DNA of 64,000 bases, taken from IMG/VR virus record IMGVR_UViG_3300046171_000252, positions 124,001 to 188,000 of that record; one strand, given 5' to 3'. The translations under genes and the position numbers were made by a program. Numbering within the stretch: the first letter of the stretch is position 1; each line of letters starts with the position of its first letter. This document shows, one piece after another, positions 9,613-19,122 of the stretch. The notes beneath the pieces were generated by a model that did not search any database, had not been told where the DNA came from, and saw only the letters and a program-made list of their open reading frames with translations.

Positions 9613-10653
9613 ATGATAACGAAAGTAGTTGAATCTATTTTAAAGAATGAACTCTATATGGGTTACATCTTTGGTATTATGATCTTGGGTGGTTTCATCC
9701 GGGATTATTCTGCATTAGAAGATGTATATGCTTTAGCAAAGAAATACATCAAGGATAATCGTGTCCTTGTTATTATCACATCATTGTTGGGTGGTATTCT
9801 TCCTATTCCAGGACGTGTTGCTTTATCGGCACCACTTCTTGATGCAATTGCACCACCTGATAAACAACGTCGTTCTGATTTTGGTGTGATTGATTATCTA
9901 TCTGTTCATCATTATTATTGGTGGTCTCCATTAGAGAAGACAGTTGTTCTTCCTATGGCAGTGATGGGAGTTTCTTATTCAACTTTTCTTGGATATACAA
10001 TCATTCCACTTATCATTACTCTTACTTATACCTGGTGGTATATTTTCACAAAAGTTCCTGCCACTTCTGTTATTCCTAATCTAGAATATGTTAGAGAATT
10101 TAATTGGAGACGTGCCATTACTGGGTGGGCACCTCTAATTGCTACTGTTATCCTTCTACTGAATACCGGTAAGGGGGGAGCAATATTCTTTTTCCCTTGG
10201 TTCCTTGGAATGGCAATCTATTATTCTATTGTGTTTAAGGATTGGAAGTGGGGTAAGTGGTTAGATGGTAAGTTTGCTATCATTGCTACTCTTGTCCTTG
10301 CCCTTGGTGGAGTGGTAGGATTAATCAAAGGTCCAGTCATGAACTATCTCCAAGCAGCAACGCCTGAAATGTTAGTTCCTGCATCTCTTGTTGCTATGGT
10401 TGCTGCCTACATTATGGGTTCATCTGGCAAGTATGCTGGTATGACCTCTGCACTTGTGGCAATCTTTGGACCTCAATATCTTGTTTGGTTTCTTTGTACC
10501 GAGTATTCTGGATACTTGATCTCACCCGCACATAAATGTTTGATGATCGGGCAACAATACTTTGGAACACCAATCAGAAAATACTACAACGTTCTTTCTA
10601 GATTGTGTGTTATACTGGTTGGATATGCGGCACTAGTTACATTCGTATTCTAA
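9613..10653 (+). CDS. multi-pass membrane transporter (ion-transporter superfamily, CitMHS/DUF401-like)
   Basis: about 9-10 hydrophobic segments; GGILPIPG, MGSSG, YLISPAHKCL. Confidence 0.65.
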   Translation: MITKVVESILKNELYMGYIFGIMILGGFIRDYSALEDVYALAKKYIKDNRVLVIITSLLGGILPIPGRVALSAPLLDAIAPPDKQRRSDFGVIDYLSVHHYYWWSPLEKTVVLPMAVMGVSYSTFLGYTIIPLIITLTYTWWYIFTKVPATSVIPNLEYVREFNWRRAITGWAPLIATVILLLNTGKGGAIFFFPWFLGMAIYYSIVFKDWKWGKWLDGKFAIIATLVLALGGVVGLIKGPVMNYLQAATPEMLVPASLVAMVAAYIMGSSGKYAGMTSALVAIFGPQYLVWFLCTEYSGYLISPAHKCLMIGQQYFGTPIRKYYNVLSRLCVILVGYAALVTFVF

Positions 10654-10851
10654 TGTATACAATCCTCAACTATCTCATATCATTCTGGACGGTAGTTGTG
10701 ATGAATTGTATACAACCTGTGAACTGGAAATATTGTTATCGTGTTGACCAATGGTTAGTTCCAGAACTTCATGAGGGATGGAAACATTATACTGGTGAGA
10801 TAGTTCCCTATCAGACAGAAAAAGAGTATTTAAAGTCAATAAGAGATTAAT

Positions 10852-10859
10852 TATAAATA
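10852..10859 (+). promoter_or_regulatory. T4-type late promoter
   Basis: TATAAATA; further TAAATA cores at 11896, 13585, 14990 and TATAAATA at 19916. Confidence 0.75.
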
Positions 10860-10886
10860 TCTTTATAAGAATTGTGTTGTCTGGAA

Positions 10887-11711
10887 ATGAACTCCAAAGA
10901 AATTAATAGTATTGCAGAAGCATATGCTAAAATGAATATCCGAGGAAATGATTCTGAGGAGCAAAAAAAGCGTCTTGAGAAGAAGCGTGGTATGAAACTG
11001 GACGATCATCCACAATTTAAAAAGGAAGCAAAATTAGATCCTGTTGGTCAGGAAGATGAAGATATTAATAATGATGGTAAGAAAGACAAAACAGATAAGT
11101 ATTTGAAGAATCGTCGTAAGGCAATCGGTAATGCAATTGCCAAAGAGCAAGTTCATCTAAATGATATTTCCAAGACTTACTTAGATCAGATTGCGACTAA
11201 TGAAGATGAAATTGATGAGGCACTGACTGGTGAGCGTCGTCAGGCAGCTGCAAAGAAAATGAATACCGCAAAGTCTGGTAGTGATCGTGCCACTGCATTT
11301 AATCTTGCCACTCGCAATGACATGGGTTCTTCTTACCAGAAGAAATCAACCGGTGGTAAGGGTAGTAGATTCCCTGGATATGGAGACAGAGGTGCTGGTA
11401 ATGCAGCAGCACGTCGTCAAGGTAAGGAACCTATGAGACAAGGACCTGAAAAGAAAGTTTCTGAAGAAACCTTGAAAGCAACCGGATTGTTCTCTGAAAA
11501 AGAGATTGCTGCTATAGAAGAAGCAATGAGTTCTTATGACAAAAATCGTAAGAGAGCAGCACAAAGAGCAGCAGACAGAAATGCTGCCAGAGCTGCTGGT
11601 AAGACTGGTGTAGTTCCTGGTGTAGGTTATGTAACTCCTAATAAGGAGAGAGAAACTTATACTGATGAGAAGGGCACCGAACGCCATAAGTCAGGAGCAA
11701 AAATGTCATGA
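10887..11711 (+). CDS. basic modular protein, putative internal head protein
   Basis: K/R/G-rich modules between acidic IDEA/VSEE/IEEA linkers; DxNNDG Ca-loop-like motif. Confidence 0.65.
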   Translation: MNSKEINSIAEAYAKMNIRGNDSEEQKKRLEKKRGMKLDDHPQFKKEAKLDPVGQEDEDINNDGKKDKTDKYLKNRRKAIGNAIAKEQVHLNDISKTYLDQIATNEDEIDEALTGERRQAAAKKMNTAKSGSDRATAFNLATRNDMGSSYQKKSTGGKGSRFPGYGDRGAGNAAARRQGKEPMRQGPEKKVSEETLKATGLFSEKEIAAIEEAMSSYDKNRKRAAQRAADRNAARAAGKTGVVPGVGYVTPNKERETYTDEKGTERHKSGAKMS

Positions 11712-11902
11712 TGAAGTCCTATCGGAATTTCTCTGAGGACATTGAGCAGCGTCGTCAGGCAATGAAGCAAAGGTCTAGTCAGCAACTACAAAAATTTAAA
11801 GCAAGAACTGCTGGTGCTCAACAAGAAAGACAGGCAGATACTGCTGATCGCGAAAACCTAAAAAAAGAAATCAAAAAAGAATTGCAACAAGACTCTAAAT
11901 AA
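11708..11902 (+). CDS. small coiled-coil protein with capsid-targeting-like N-terminus
   Basis: MKSYRNFSEDIE start. Confidence 0.6.
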   Translation: MMKSYRNFSEDIEQRRQAMKQRSSQQLQKFKARTAGAQQERQADTADRENLKKEIKKELQQDSK

Positions 11903-11919
11903 TTTAAAATTTTTTTGAT

Positions 11920-13440
11920 ATGTCTAAAAATATTACTATTCCGGGATATCTTGATGGTCCTTTGGGAGTTATTCTAGAGGCGATTGATAGCACTCGTGGT
12001 GTGGAAACTTCTCCTATTCCAATGAGTGTTAATCAAAGCGATGTTGATGAAAACCCTGACACTACCAAAACAGTTCTTTTTAAGGCAAAGATTCATGTAA
12101 ATCCGAGTAGAAGAACTGCTATTAGAGATGAGATTGTTGAGTATTTAAATGGTGTTTTGGATAAGGGCAATTTTAGTGATTTTGTAGAAGTAAGAAGTGG
12201 TACACCAACAAAACCTGACTCTGAGCAATTTGATGTTGTAGTCAAATATTCTGGCAAAAAACCACAAGTAATTAGAATACTAGTTAAACCAACTAATGCT
12301 GGTGGTTCTGGCGGTGGTGCTGCTAAAACTAAAATACAAGAAGTTGGTCAAGCATTATTCACTGCCATAAGATATCTTAAGAATAAAGACCTTGAGTGTC
12401 ATCCCGATGATATTTCAAACTGTTTGACGACTGCTGATTATGAGGCAGGTATGGAGTATGTGGATTGTAATAAAGAAGTCAAAATAGATGAAATAATGGG
12501 ACTTGAGCAGCAATGGAAAGATGCATTTATTTTAGGTGCTAATAAAATTCATAAGGAAGTTGGTGAAAGTGGATGGGAATTTTTGAGGGGAGATAGAATA
12601 GTTGATGATGGAGCACTTAAGAAAGCTTTCACTAGAGTAAAGAAAAATAGTCCGGCTGCACCAGATAATGAAGATAAATGGAATCCCTCTGACATATGGA
12701 TGATAAAGAAAAGTGAAAAGAATGCCATAGTATCAAAACTTGCAGAAGAAAATACGATAGATTGCTTAAATGAATATATTGCTTCAAAGTTTAAAGATAA
12801 AGAATTTATTGGATTATCTTTGAAGAAACTTGGTTCAAGTGCTAGATGGACTACGATGAATCCACCTAATACAAAACAACTTGATAAAGCAAAAAAGGTC
12901 AGATTTATTAGATCTAAAACTTTGCAGGAACTGACAGCATTCTCTGCCATGGATGTATATTTTGTTTTTGCACCATCAGGAAGTAAGACTAAGGATAGTT
13001 TTCAGGCAAGAAATTTTGCAGGAACTAATAGGGGAGATTGGAAGTTGGAAATTAAAGGGGAATTTGCTGCTCAGGGAAAAATTCAGGGGCAGGTAATGAG
13101 AAATCTTTTGACTGCTGCTGGTTTTTCTAAACCTGTTCCTAATGAACCATCTTTTGATGATTGCAAACCAGGATCTAATAAGGTGCAGGCAATTAATAAA
13201 GAAATTTACGATATAATGAATGGGTTAAGTCCTAAACCAAAAGGATGGAATGCTAAAACTGCACAAGCAGAAATTCGCACAAAGGATGCTTCATGGAGGT
13301 ATAGTAAGTTGGCAGGACTAAGACTTTTGGAATGGTTGATGAGTCTCCCTCAATCGGATGCAAATCGTGCTACGAAGGAGATGTATCTTTATGCATCTTC
13401 TCAAACTGATAAATCATCTGTTCATTATAAAATTTATTAG
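11920..13440 (+). CDS. putative PD-(D/E)XK-family nuclease
   Basis: TKIQE...DKWNPSDIW...IGLSLKK; TAAATA at 11896. Confidence 0.55.
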   Translation: MSKNITIPGYLDGPLGVILEAIDSTRGVETSPIPMSVNQSDVDENPDTTKTVLFKAKIHVNPSRRTAIRDEIVEYLNGVLDKGNFSDFVEVRSGTPTKPDSEQFDVVVKYSGKKPQVIRILVKPTNAGGSGGGAAKTKIQEVGQALFTAIRYLKNKDLECHPDDISNCLTTADYEAGMEYVDCNKEVKIDEIMGLEQQWKDAFILGANKIHKEVGESGWEFLRGDRIVDDGALKKAFTRVKKNSPAAPDNEDKWNPSDIWMIKKSEKNAIVSKLAEENTIDCLNEYIASKFKDKEFIGLSLKKLGSSARWTTMNPPNTKQLDKAKKVRFIRSKTLQELTAFSAMDVYFVFAPSGSKTKDSFQARNFAGTNRGDWKLEIKGEFAAQGKIQGQVMRNLLTAAGFSKPVPNEPSFDDCKPGSNKVQAINKEIYDIMNGLSPKPKGWNAKTAQAEIRTKDASWRYSKLAGLRLLEWLMSLPQSDANRATKEMYLYASSQTDKSSVHYKIY

Positions 13441-13441
13441 T

Positions 13442-13666
13442 ATGAAACCTGAAATAAAAGAACTAGTAAAATCCTTCAAATCAAAGAAGAAAAATGAGCG
13501 GGAAAGATATAATGATTTTCTTTATCATTGCTTTATGGCATATCATGATAAAGTAAAATCAAAATCGCCAGATAAGGTTAAGAATAAATATATTATTATG
13601 AGGGATAGTATGCTTAAATACCTCATAGCACATGAACAAGAAGTAATAGAACAATTAAGTAAATGA
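13442..13666 (+). CDS. hypothetical protein
   Basis: ORF filling the gap and coupled to the next gene. Confidence 0.55.
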   Translation: MKPEIKELVKSFKSKKKNERERYNDFLYHCFMAYHDKVKSKSPDKVKNKYIIMRDSMLKYLIAHEQEVIEQLSK

Positions 13667-15012
13667 AGTCTTTCTTTCAATTTCTGCGTGAGAGTACTGC
13701 TGTTCAACAAGCCACCCGTCTTGGATTAAAGACTGATGGTCATGGTGGATGGTATGATAATAAGGGAGAGTTTGTTGCAAAGACAGAAAAGGGAACACTA
13801 AAATTTTTTAATAAGCGTCAGAGAGTAGGAAAGCAAGATCCGCCACAAACTGATAAAGAAAAGAATTTATCTGCAACATCATCGGCACCTGCTGCCGCAC
13901 CAGAGGAACCCACACAGGCAAAAGCAGCACCGGAACAAGAACCACAAAAAGATGCCAACACTCCTGTAGTATTAGAACCACCTGAAGTTGAGAAGACAAA
14001 AGGAACTCTCACAATTGCCTTTGGTAGATTTAATCCTCCTACTACCGGACATGAAAAACTTTTGGATACAGTTTCCAAGTCATCCGATGATGGTGATTAT
14101 GTTATTGTTCCATCGCGTAGTCAAGACCCCAAAAAGAATCCATTAGATACTGATACTAAAGTCTCTATCATGAGACAGATGTTCCCTCAACACAGTGAGA
14201 GAATTGTTAATGACCCTCAGAACAGAACCATCTTTGATGTCTTGAAGAAGGCACATATGGATGGGTATGCCAATGTAAGAATTGTTGGTGGTGCAGATCG
14301 CCAGAAAGAATTTGACAAGTTGGTTAATAATTATAATGGTAAGATGTATCAGTTTGATAATGTAGAGGTTCGTTCTGCCGGTGATCGTGATCCGGACTCT
14401 GATGATGTAGAAGGAATGTCTGCATCAAAGCAAAGAAAGGCAGCAGTAGAAAATAATTTTGATGCATTCTATAAAGGTATTCCCTCCTCAATGTCTAAGA
14501 AGGCAGCAAAGGAAATGTTTAATAATATTCGTCTTGCGATGAATGTTTCTGAAGGATGGAACATGTGGGAAATCTCTCCTATATTTGATTGGAAGAATCT
14601 TCGTGAAAATTATATCAAAAAGAATATATTCAACCTGGGTGAAATTGTTGAAAATTTAAATCATGGACTGGTTGGTAGAATTATTCGTAGAGGCACTAAT
14701 TATCTAATCTGTGTCACAGAGGATAACATTATGTTTAAGTCCTGGATTAAGGATGTTATGGAATCTAAGAAAGAAATGCCTAATGTTGCACCCAAAGATA
14801 GAGCAGCAATTAATGCTCGTGCGAAGAATGTTTTTAAGAAAGATTTAAAAGGAACTGTGGTTGGCATAAACGAACAAAAGAATACTGAGGTGTCTGGAGT
14901 TCCTGGTGATCAACGACTTATTGGAACTGATGCACACTTTAAATATGTAAAGTCTTTGGTTCCTGGAAGTGACTGGGGAAAACAATTCATAAATAAGTAT
15001 AGAAAAAAGTAA
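13663..15012 (+). CDS. HIGH-class cytidylyltransferase-like nucleotidyltransferase
   Basis: FGRFNPPTTGHEKL, KNPL, VGGADR, GMSASK. Confidence 0.85.
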   Translation: MKSFFQFLRESTAVQQATRLGLKTDGHGGWYDNKGEFVAKTEKGTLKFFNKRQRVGKQDPPQTDKEKNLSATSSAPAAAPEEPTQAKAAPEQEPQKDANTPVVLEPPEVEKTKGTLTIAFGRFNPPTTGHEKLLDTVSKSSDDGDYVIVPSRSQDPKKNPLDTDTKVSIMRQMFPQHSERIVNDPQNRTIFDVLKKAHMDGYANVRIVGGADRQKEFDKLVNNYNGKMYQFDNVEVRSAGDRDPDSDDVEGMSASKQRKAAVENNFDAFYKGIPSSMSKKAAKEMFNNIRLAMNVSEGWNMWEISPIFDWKNLRENYIKKNIFNLGEIVENLNHGLVGRIIRRGTNYLICVTEDNIMFKSWIKDVMESKKEMPNVAPKDRAAINARAKNVFKKDLKGTVVGINEQKNTEVSGVPGDQRLIGTDAHFKYVKSLVPGSDWGKQFINKYRKK

Positions 15013-15030
15013 CTATTTGTTTGTTTCCAA

Positions 15031-16257
15031 ATGAGTAACACGATATCTGAAGAACCAAATACACAACAACCAGGTGGTGCTGTTGATAAAGTAAGGAAGG
15101 CTGCGAGGCAACTTGCTTATGATGTTCGCTACAAAGTAAAGGGACAATTTAAGGATGGCCAGAAATCTGATGCCGCATCCTTGAAGCGTGCTTACATGCA
15201 GCAACTGGGTAAGTCTCCTGCTCCTGGTCCTGTCAAAGTAATGGCAAAAAAGATGCTTATTGGAGAAGCATATGATTTAGTTGATGTATCTGATACTGTC
15301 AATGAATCTGTTGTCAATGCACTTCTGAAAGTCTTTGCCAAGAAGACTCAGTTGGAAGATGCAGATGGAAATGTCGCATATGAGGTGACTGACATCGTTC
15401 AGGAGGAGATGAAGGATACGAAGTATAAAATTAGAGTTACTGATAAATCAACCGGTAAGACTTATGTCAGAATGGCAGACCGTGAAAAGATTAGTCAGTT
15501 GAGAGCAGACCCTAGAATCTCTTCTGTTGAGATGACCGGATACGGTGATTCATATGACAAACCTGTCGGTAAAGGAAAGGGTGAAGAAGAAAAGAAGGAG
15601 ACCGCAAAGGAAGAATTCATCCATGAGGTAAATGTAGAGGATGATAATCCTGATGCAAATACCAAGAAGATTGATGTAATGAAAGGTAAGAATAAAATTA
15701 TCATCAATCCAACTCAGTCTGAGGAGATGAAACCCGGAGAGGATACATCTGCAGAAAAGACCAAAGAGAGTTCTGCCGATAAGAGAATCAGAATGGTTAA
15801 GAGAAAGATTCTCCAGAGCAAGATGCAAGCAGTTCGTCAGGGTGCCGGTGCAGATATTGTTGCTCATACTGAATTAGAGGGTGAAGAAATTTCTGAGAAA
15901 GCAGGAAGCGAGTGTCCTCCCGAGTCTTCTTCCAAAAAAGAAAAAGAAGATACTGATGATTACAGAAGTATGCCTGCAAAGGTCAATATGGTTAGAAACA
16001 AATTGAGAGCAATGGGTCTCAAGATGTCGTATGAACCAGAAGGTGATATGGTTGAAGCAACTGAAGATTCATTGAAGGATCGCCGCATGGAGCGTGGTGG
16101 TGTTGGTGGCAACATTCGTTATGACAAAGCACCTAAACCTACCAACACTGCTGGTAAAAAGAAACCCTATGATGGTATGTCTGCAGTTGAAAAAGTAAAG
16201 GCAAGTATCCGTGCCAAGTACGGACAGGGTGCCATTATTGATACTAAGAAAAAGTAA
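15031..16257 (+). CDS. modular acidic/basic protein, putative internal head protein
   Basis: repeated (I/V)xE linkers; SYEPEGDMVE and HTELEGEEISE. Confidence 0.65.
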   Translation: MSNTISEEPNTQQPGGAVDKVRKAARQLAYDVRYKVKGQFKDGQKSDAASLKRAYMQQLGKSPAPGPVKVMAKKMLIGEAYDLVDVSDTVNESVVNALLKVFAKKTQLEDADGNVAYEVTDIVQEEMKDTKYKIRVTDKSTGKTYVRMADREKISQLRADPRISSVEMTGYGDSYDKPVGKGKGEEEKKETAKEEFIHEVNVEDDNPDANTKKIDVMKGKNKIIINPTQSEEMKPGEDTSAEKTKESSADKRIRMVKRKILQSKMQAVRQGAGADIVAHTELEGEEISEKAGSECPPESSSKKEKEDTDDYRSMPAKVNMVRNKLRAMGLKMSYEPEGDMVEATEDSLKDRRMERGGVGGNIRYDKAPKPTNTAGKKKPYDGMSAVEKVKASIRAKYGQGAIIDTKKK

Positions 16258-16457
16258 TGCCTGCAGTATCACAAAAGCAACAGAAGTTCTTTGGAATAGT
16301 TCGTGCCATCCAAAAAGGAGAAATGGCACCGACGACTCCTGAGACTGCAAAGGCAGCTGCCGATATGAAGAAGAAAGATGTGAAGGACTTTGCATCTACT
16401 AAACATAAAGGTCTTCCTGAGAAAAAATCTCTCAAAGAGTTTTTGGAGAATATATAG
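16257..16457 (+). CDS. small basic protein (DUF3008-like)
   Basis: MPAVSQKQQKF...DFASTKHKGLPEKK. Confidence 0.7.
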   Translation: MPAVSQKQQKFFGIVRAIQKGEMAPTTPETAKAAADMKKKDVKDFASTKHKGLPEKKSLKEFLENI

Positions 16458-16478
16458 TATTAGTAATTGAGATTTACC

Positions 16479-16679
16479 ATGCTTGCATTCCTATTACCAT
16501 TAGCATCCAAAATCATTAAAGATGCAGTATCTAAAATTCCAGAAAATGAAGAACTGGGTGAGAAAATGGTTGAGATCTGTCTTGTTATTCTTGCTAAGGC
16601 AGTTAAGTTGACCAAAACTGATATGGATGATCAACTTCTTGAAGTCGTAACCAAATCAATTAACGCACGTAAAGAGTAG
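16479..16679 (+). CDS. conserved cyanophage hypothetical protein
   Basis: amphipathic helix, TKTDMDDQL. Confidence 0.65.
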   Translation: MLAFLLPLASKIIKDAVSKIPENEELGEKMVEICLVILAKAVKLTKTDMDDQLLEVVTKSINARKE

Positions 16680-16682
16680 AAA

Positions 16683-18170
16683 ATGAACCAGAAACACATT
16701 AAGGAAGAGGGTCTGCGTGATTGGTTTGGTAAATCTAAATCAAAAGGTGGCAAAAAAGGATGGGTCAATGTCGTGACAGGAGATTCCTGTGCAAGTGACA
16801 AACCCGGTGAAGGTATTCCTAAATGTGTTTCTTCTTCTAAAAGGGCAAGTATGTCCAAGAAAGAAAGAGTTGCTGCTCAGGCAGCAAAGAGAAGAGAAGA
16901 TCCTGGTCAACAAAAGAAGTCTGGAGCATCTAAACCCACTATGGTAAAAACTGACCGTAAAGTAAGAAAAGAGGCAATGGAAGTTAATGGCGCACTTGAT
17001 GAAAATGTTTCATCTGGAAAATCACGTCTGGCTAAAATGGGTAGGGTTTCCGGAAAACCTACTGGTGCCATTACTAATACAGAAAAATCGGCAGAATTAA
17101 AAAAACAAAAAGACACAGAAAAGTCAAAGGATAAAGCAGTTGCAAATAAAGTTGATGTATCAGGAATGAGTCCTTTTGATGCAGCCAGGGTAAAGAAGAG
17201 AGCAGAATTTAAAGCAGAAAAGGAAAGATTGAGAGCACAGAAAAAAATGAGAAGAGAAGAGACTGAAGTACTTGATGAAGCAAAAGATAAGAAAGGTAAA
17301 GGCAGTGGATCTAAAGATGCCTGTTATCATAAGGTGAAGTCTCGTTATTCTGTATGGCCTTCTGCTTATGCATCTGGAGCACTTGTAAAATGTCGTAAGG
17401 TTGGTGCTGCCAACTGGGGTAATAAGAGTGAAGAGACTGAATTTGATTCTATCTCCTTCCAACAATTTCAAGAGAAGTGTTGGAAAGGTTATGAGAAGAA
17501 AGGTATGAAAAAAATGTTTGGTAAGAAATATCCAAACTGTGTTAAGAAGGAGGGATATGCACCTGGTGATGTGGATCAGAAAGTCGGTGCTGTCACTGCT
17601 ATTCCTAAGAGCGAACAGGATGCTGCCAAAGCAAGAATACTTGCAAAGACAAAGGCAAAAATGAAGAAAGAGGAAGTTGAAGAAATTGGTGAGGGTAAGT
17701 ATTCTAGTTCAGTCAGAGCCACCTATGGCGGAAAGACAGAAACTTTCCCTGTAGAGATTTATAGAAAAAAGTCAAAAAAAGCAGAGGCAAAAAAAGTAGA
17801 GGTAAAAGAAGGTGATGGCGATCCTTGCTGGGATACTCATAAACAAGTTGGCATGAAGAAGAAAGGTGGCAAGATGGTGCCTAACTGTGTGCCAAAAAAC
17901 GAGGAGGTAGAGACTCAGAATGAAGGAGCAGCATGGACAAAAAAATCCGGTAAGTCAGAATCCGGAGGACTCAATGAAAAAGGACGTAAGTCTTATGAAA
18001 GAGAAAATCCTGGTAGTGATCTAAAAGCACCATCTAAAAAGAAAGGCAACAAACGTAGAGCATCATTCTGTGCTAGAATGAAAGGTATGAAAAAGAAACT
18101 AACCTCTGCTAAAACTGCAAGAGATCCTGATAGCAGAATTAATAAGTCTCTTAGAGCTTGGAATTGCTGA
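16683..18170 (+). CDS. Lys-rich polyprotein-like protein with about 8 modules
   Basis: modules separated by Glu-rich linkers; two CW...GMKK..GK..PNCV repeats. Confidence 0.75.
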   Translation: MNQKHIKEEGLRDWFGKSKSKGGKKGWVNVVTGDSCASDKPGEGIPKCVSSSKRASMSKKERVAAQAAKRREDPGQQKKSGASKPTMVKTDRKVRKEAMEVNGALDENVSSGKSRLAKMGRVSGKPTGAITNTEKSAELKKQKDTEKSKDKAVANKVDVSGMSPFDAARVKKRAEFKAEKERLRAQKKMRREETEVLDEAKDKKGKGSGSKDACYHKVKSRYSVWPSAYASGALVKCRKVGAANWGNKSEETEFDSISFQQFQEKCWKGYEKKGMKKMFGKKYPNCVKKEGYAPGDVDQKVGAVTAIPKSEQDAAKARILAKTKAKMKKEEVEEIGEGKYSSSVRATYGGKTETFPVEIYRKKSKKAEAKKVEVKEGDGDPCWDTHKQVGMKKKGGKMVPNCVPKNEEVETQNEGAAWTKKSGKSESGGLNEKGRKSYERENPGSDLKAPSKKKGNKRRASFCARMKGMKKKLTSAKTARDPDSRINKSLRAWNC

Positions 18171-18272
18171 CAAATAAATTTTTTGGTGAATACAAATAGT
18201 TAAATAATAATTGTATAGCAACGATACAATTTAACTACACTAGATTAGAATCCAATCACATACTATAAACAT

Positions 18273-18539
18273 ATGGACGAAACTAAAGAGGTGTCTGATT
18301 TTTCTATGACCAGGAATGAATGTCCTAAGTGTGGGGCATTATGGTTAAATGGTCAGCATTATTGGGTAGGCACTGGAAAGTTGGGAGACCCTCATGATTT
18401 GGCTGGACTAGTTTGTAATAAACATGCCGATAACCAATGTATAAATCCTTGTAGGGGTTCTACTTCTGGAGATACTTGGGAGAAACGTCTTGAATTCTTA
18501 AATAAAGCACTTGAATCTTATGAGTCACCGAATAACTGA
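18273..18539 (+). CDS. Cys-rich (zinc-finger-like) protein
   Basis: CPKC...C...C..C. Confidence 0.65.
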   Translation: MDETKEVSDFSMTRNECPKCGALWLNGQHYWVGTGKLGDPHDLAGLVCNKHADNQCINPCRGSTSGDTWEKRLEFLNKALESYESPNN

Positions 18540-18702
18540 AATAAAACCTGAACATTTTTTGACAAAAGAAGAATGTCAGGAAATGATTGATAAAGCAATT
18601 GACAAACACAATAAAACTGCTACAATTATTAGTGCTATTCTTGGGGGAATTCTTTTAACCTTTTATTCTCATGGAGTTCTTTCGTTAGTTGGTCGTGTTT
18701 AA
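18520..18702 (+). CDS. small membrane protein
   Basis: C-terminal TM helix. Confidence 0.6.
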   Translation: MSHRITEIKPEHFLTKEECQEMIDKAIDKHNKTATIISAILGGILLTFYSHGVLSLVGRV

Positions 18703-18788
18703 TACTAAAAGTTCGTCATGAACTCATAACAAAAGTTGAGTATAATCACGCAAAAATATTATAGATAGTGTAGTTATTTGAGATTAAT

Positions 18789-19112
18789 ATGAAGTACTTT
18801 TTTGCACTTCTCATTACACTATTTTTTGCCATGCCAGCATGGGCAGTTGATGTCTCAATGGGTTCTGACGGAAACCTAGTATTTGAACCAAATGAGATTA
18901 CAATCTCTGCTGGTGAGACAGTTCATTTTGTAAACGAAGCATTACCTCCTCACAATATTATTGTAGAGGCTCGTCCGGATCTTTCTAGAGAAGCACTATT
19001 ATTTGCTCCCGGAGAAACACAGGATGTTGTATTTGCTGATGCAGGAGACTATAATTTCTTCTGTGGTCCTCATCAGGGAGCAGGTATGACTGGCGTCATT
19101 CACGTAAATTAA
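18789..19112 (+). CDS. petE: plastocyanin
   Basis: signal peptide ..AWA, PPHN, FFCGPHQGAGM copper ligands. Confidence 0.95.
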   Translation: MKYFFALLITLFFAMPAWAVDVSMGSDGNLVFEPNEITISAGETVHFVNEALPPHNIIVEARPDLSREALLFAPGETQDVVFADAGDYNFFCGPHQGAGMTGVIHVN

Positions 19113-19122
19113 ATTAATTAAA

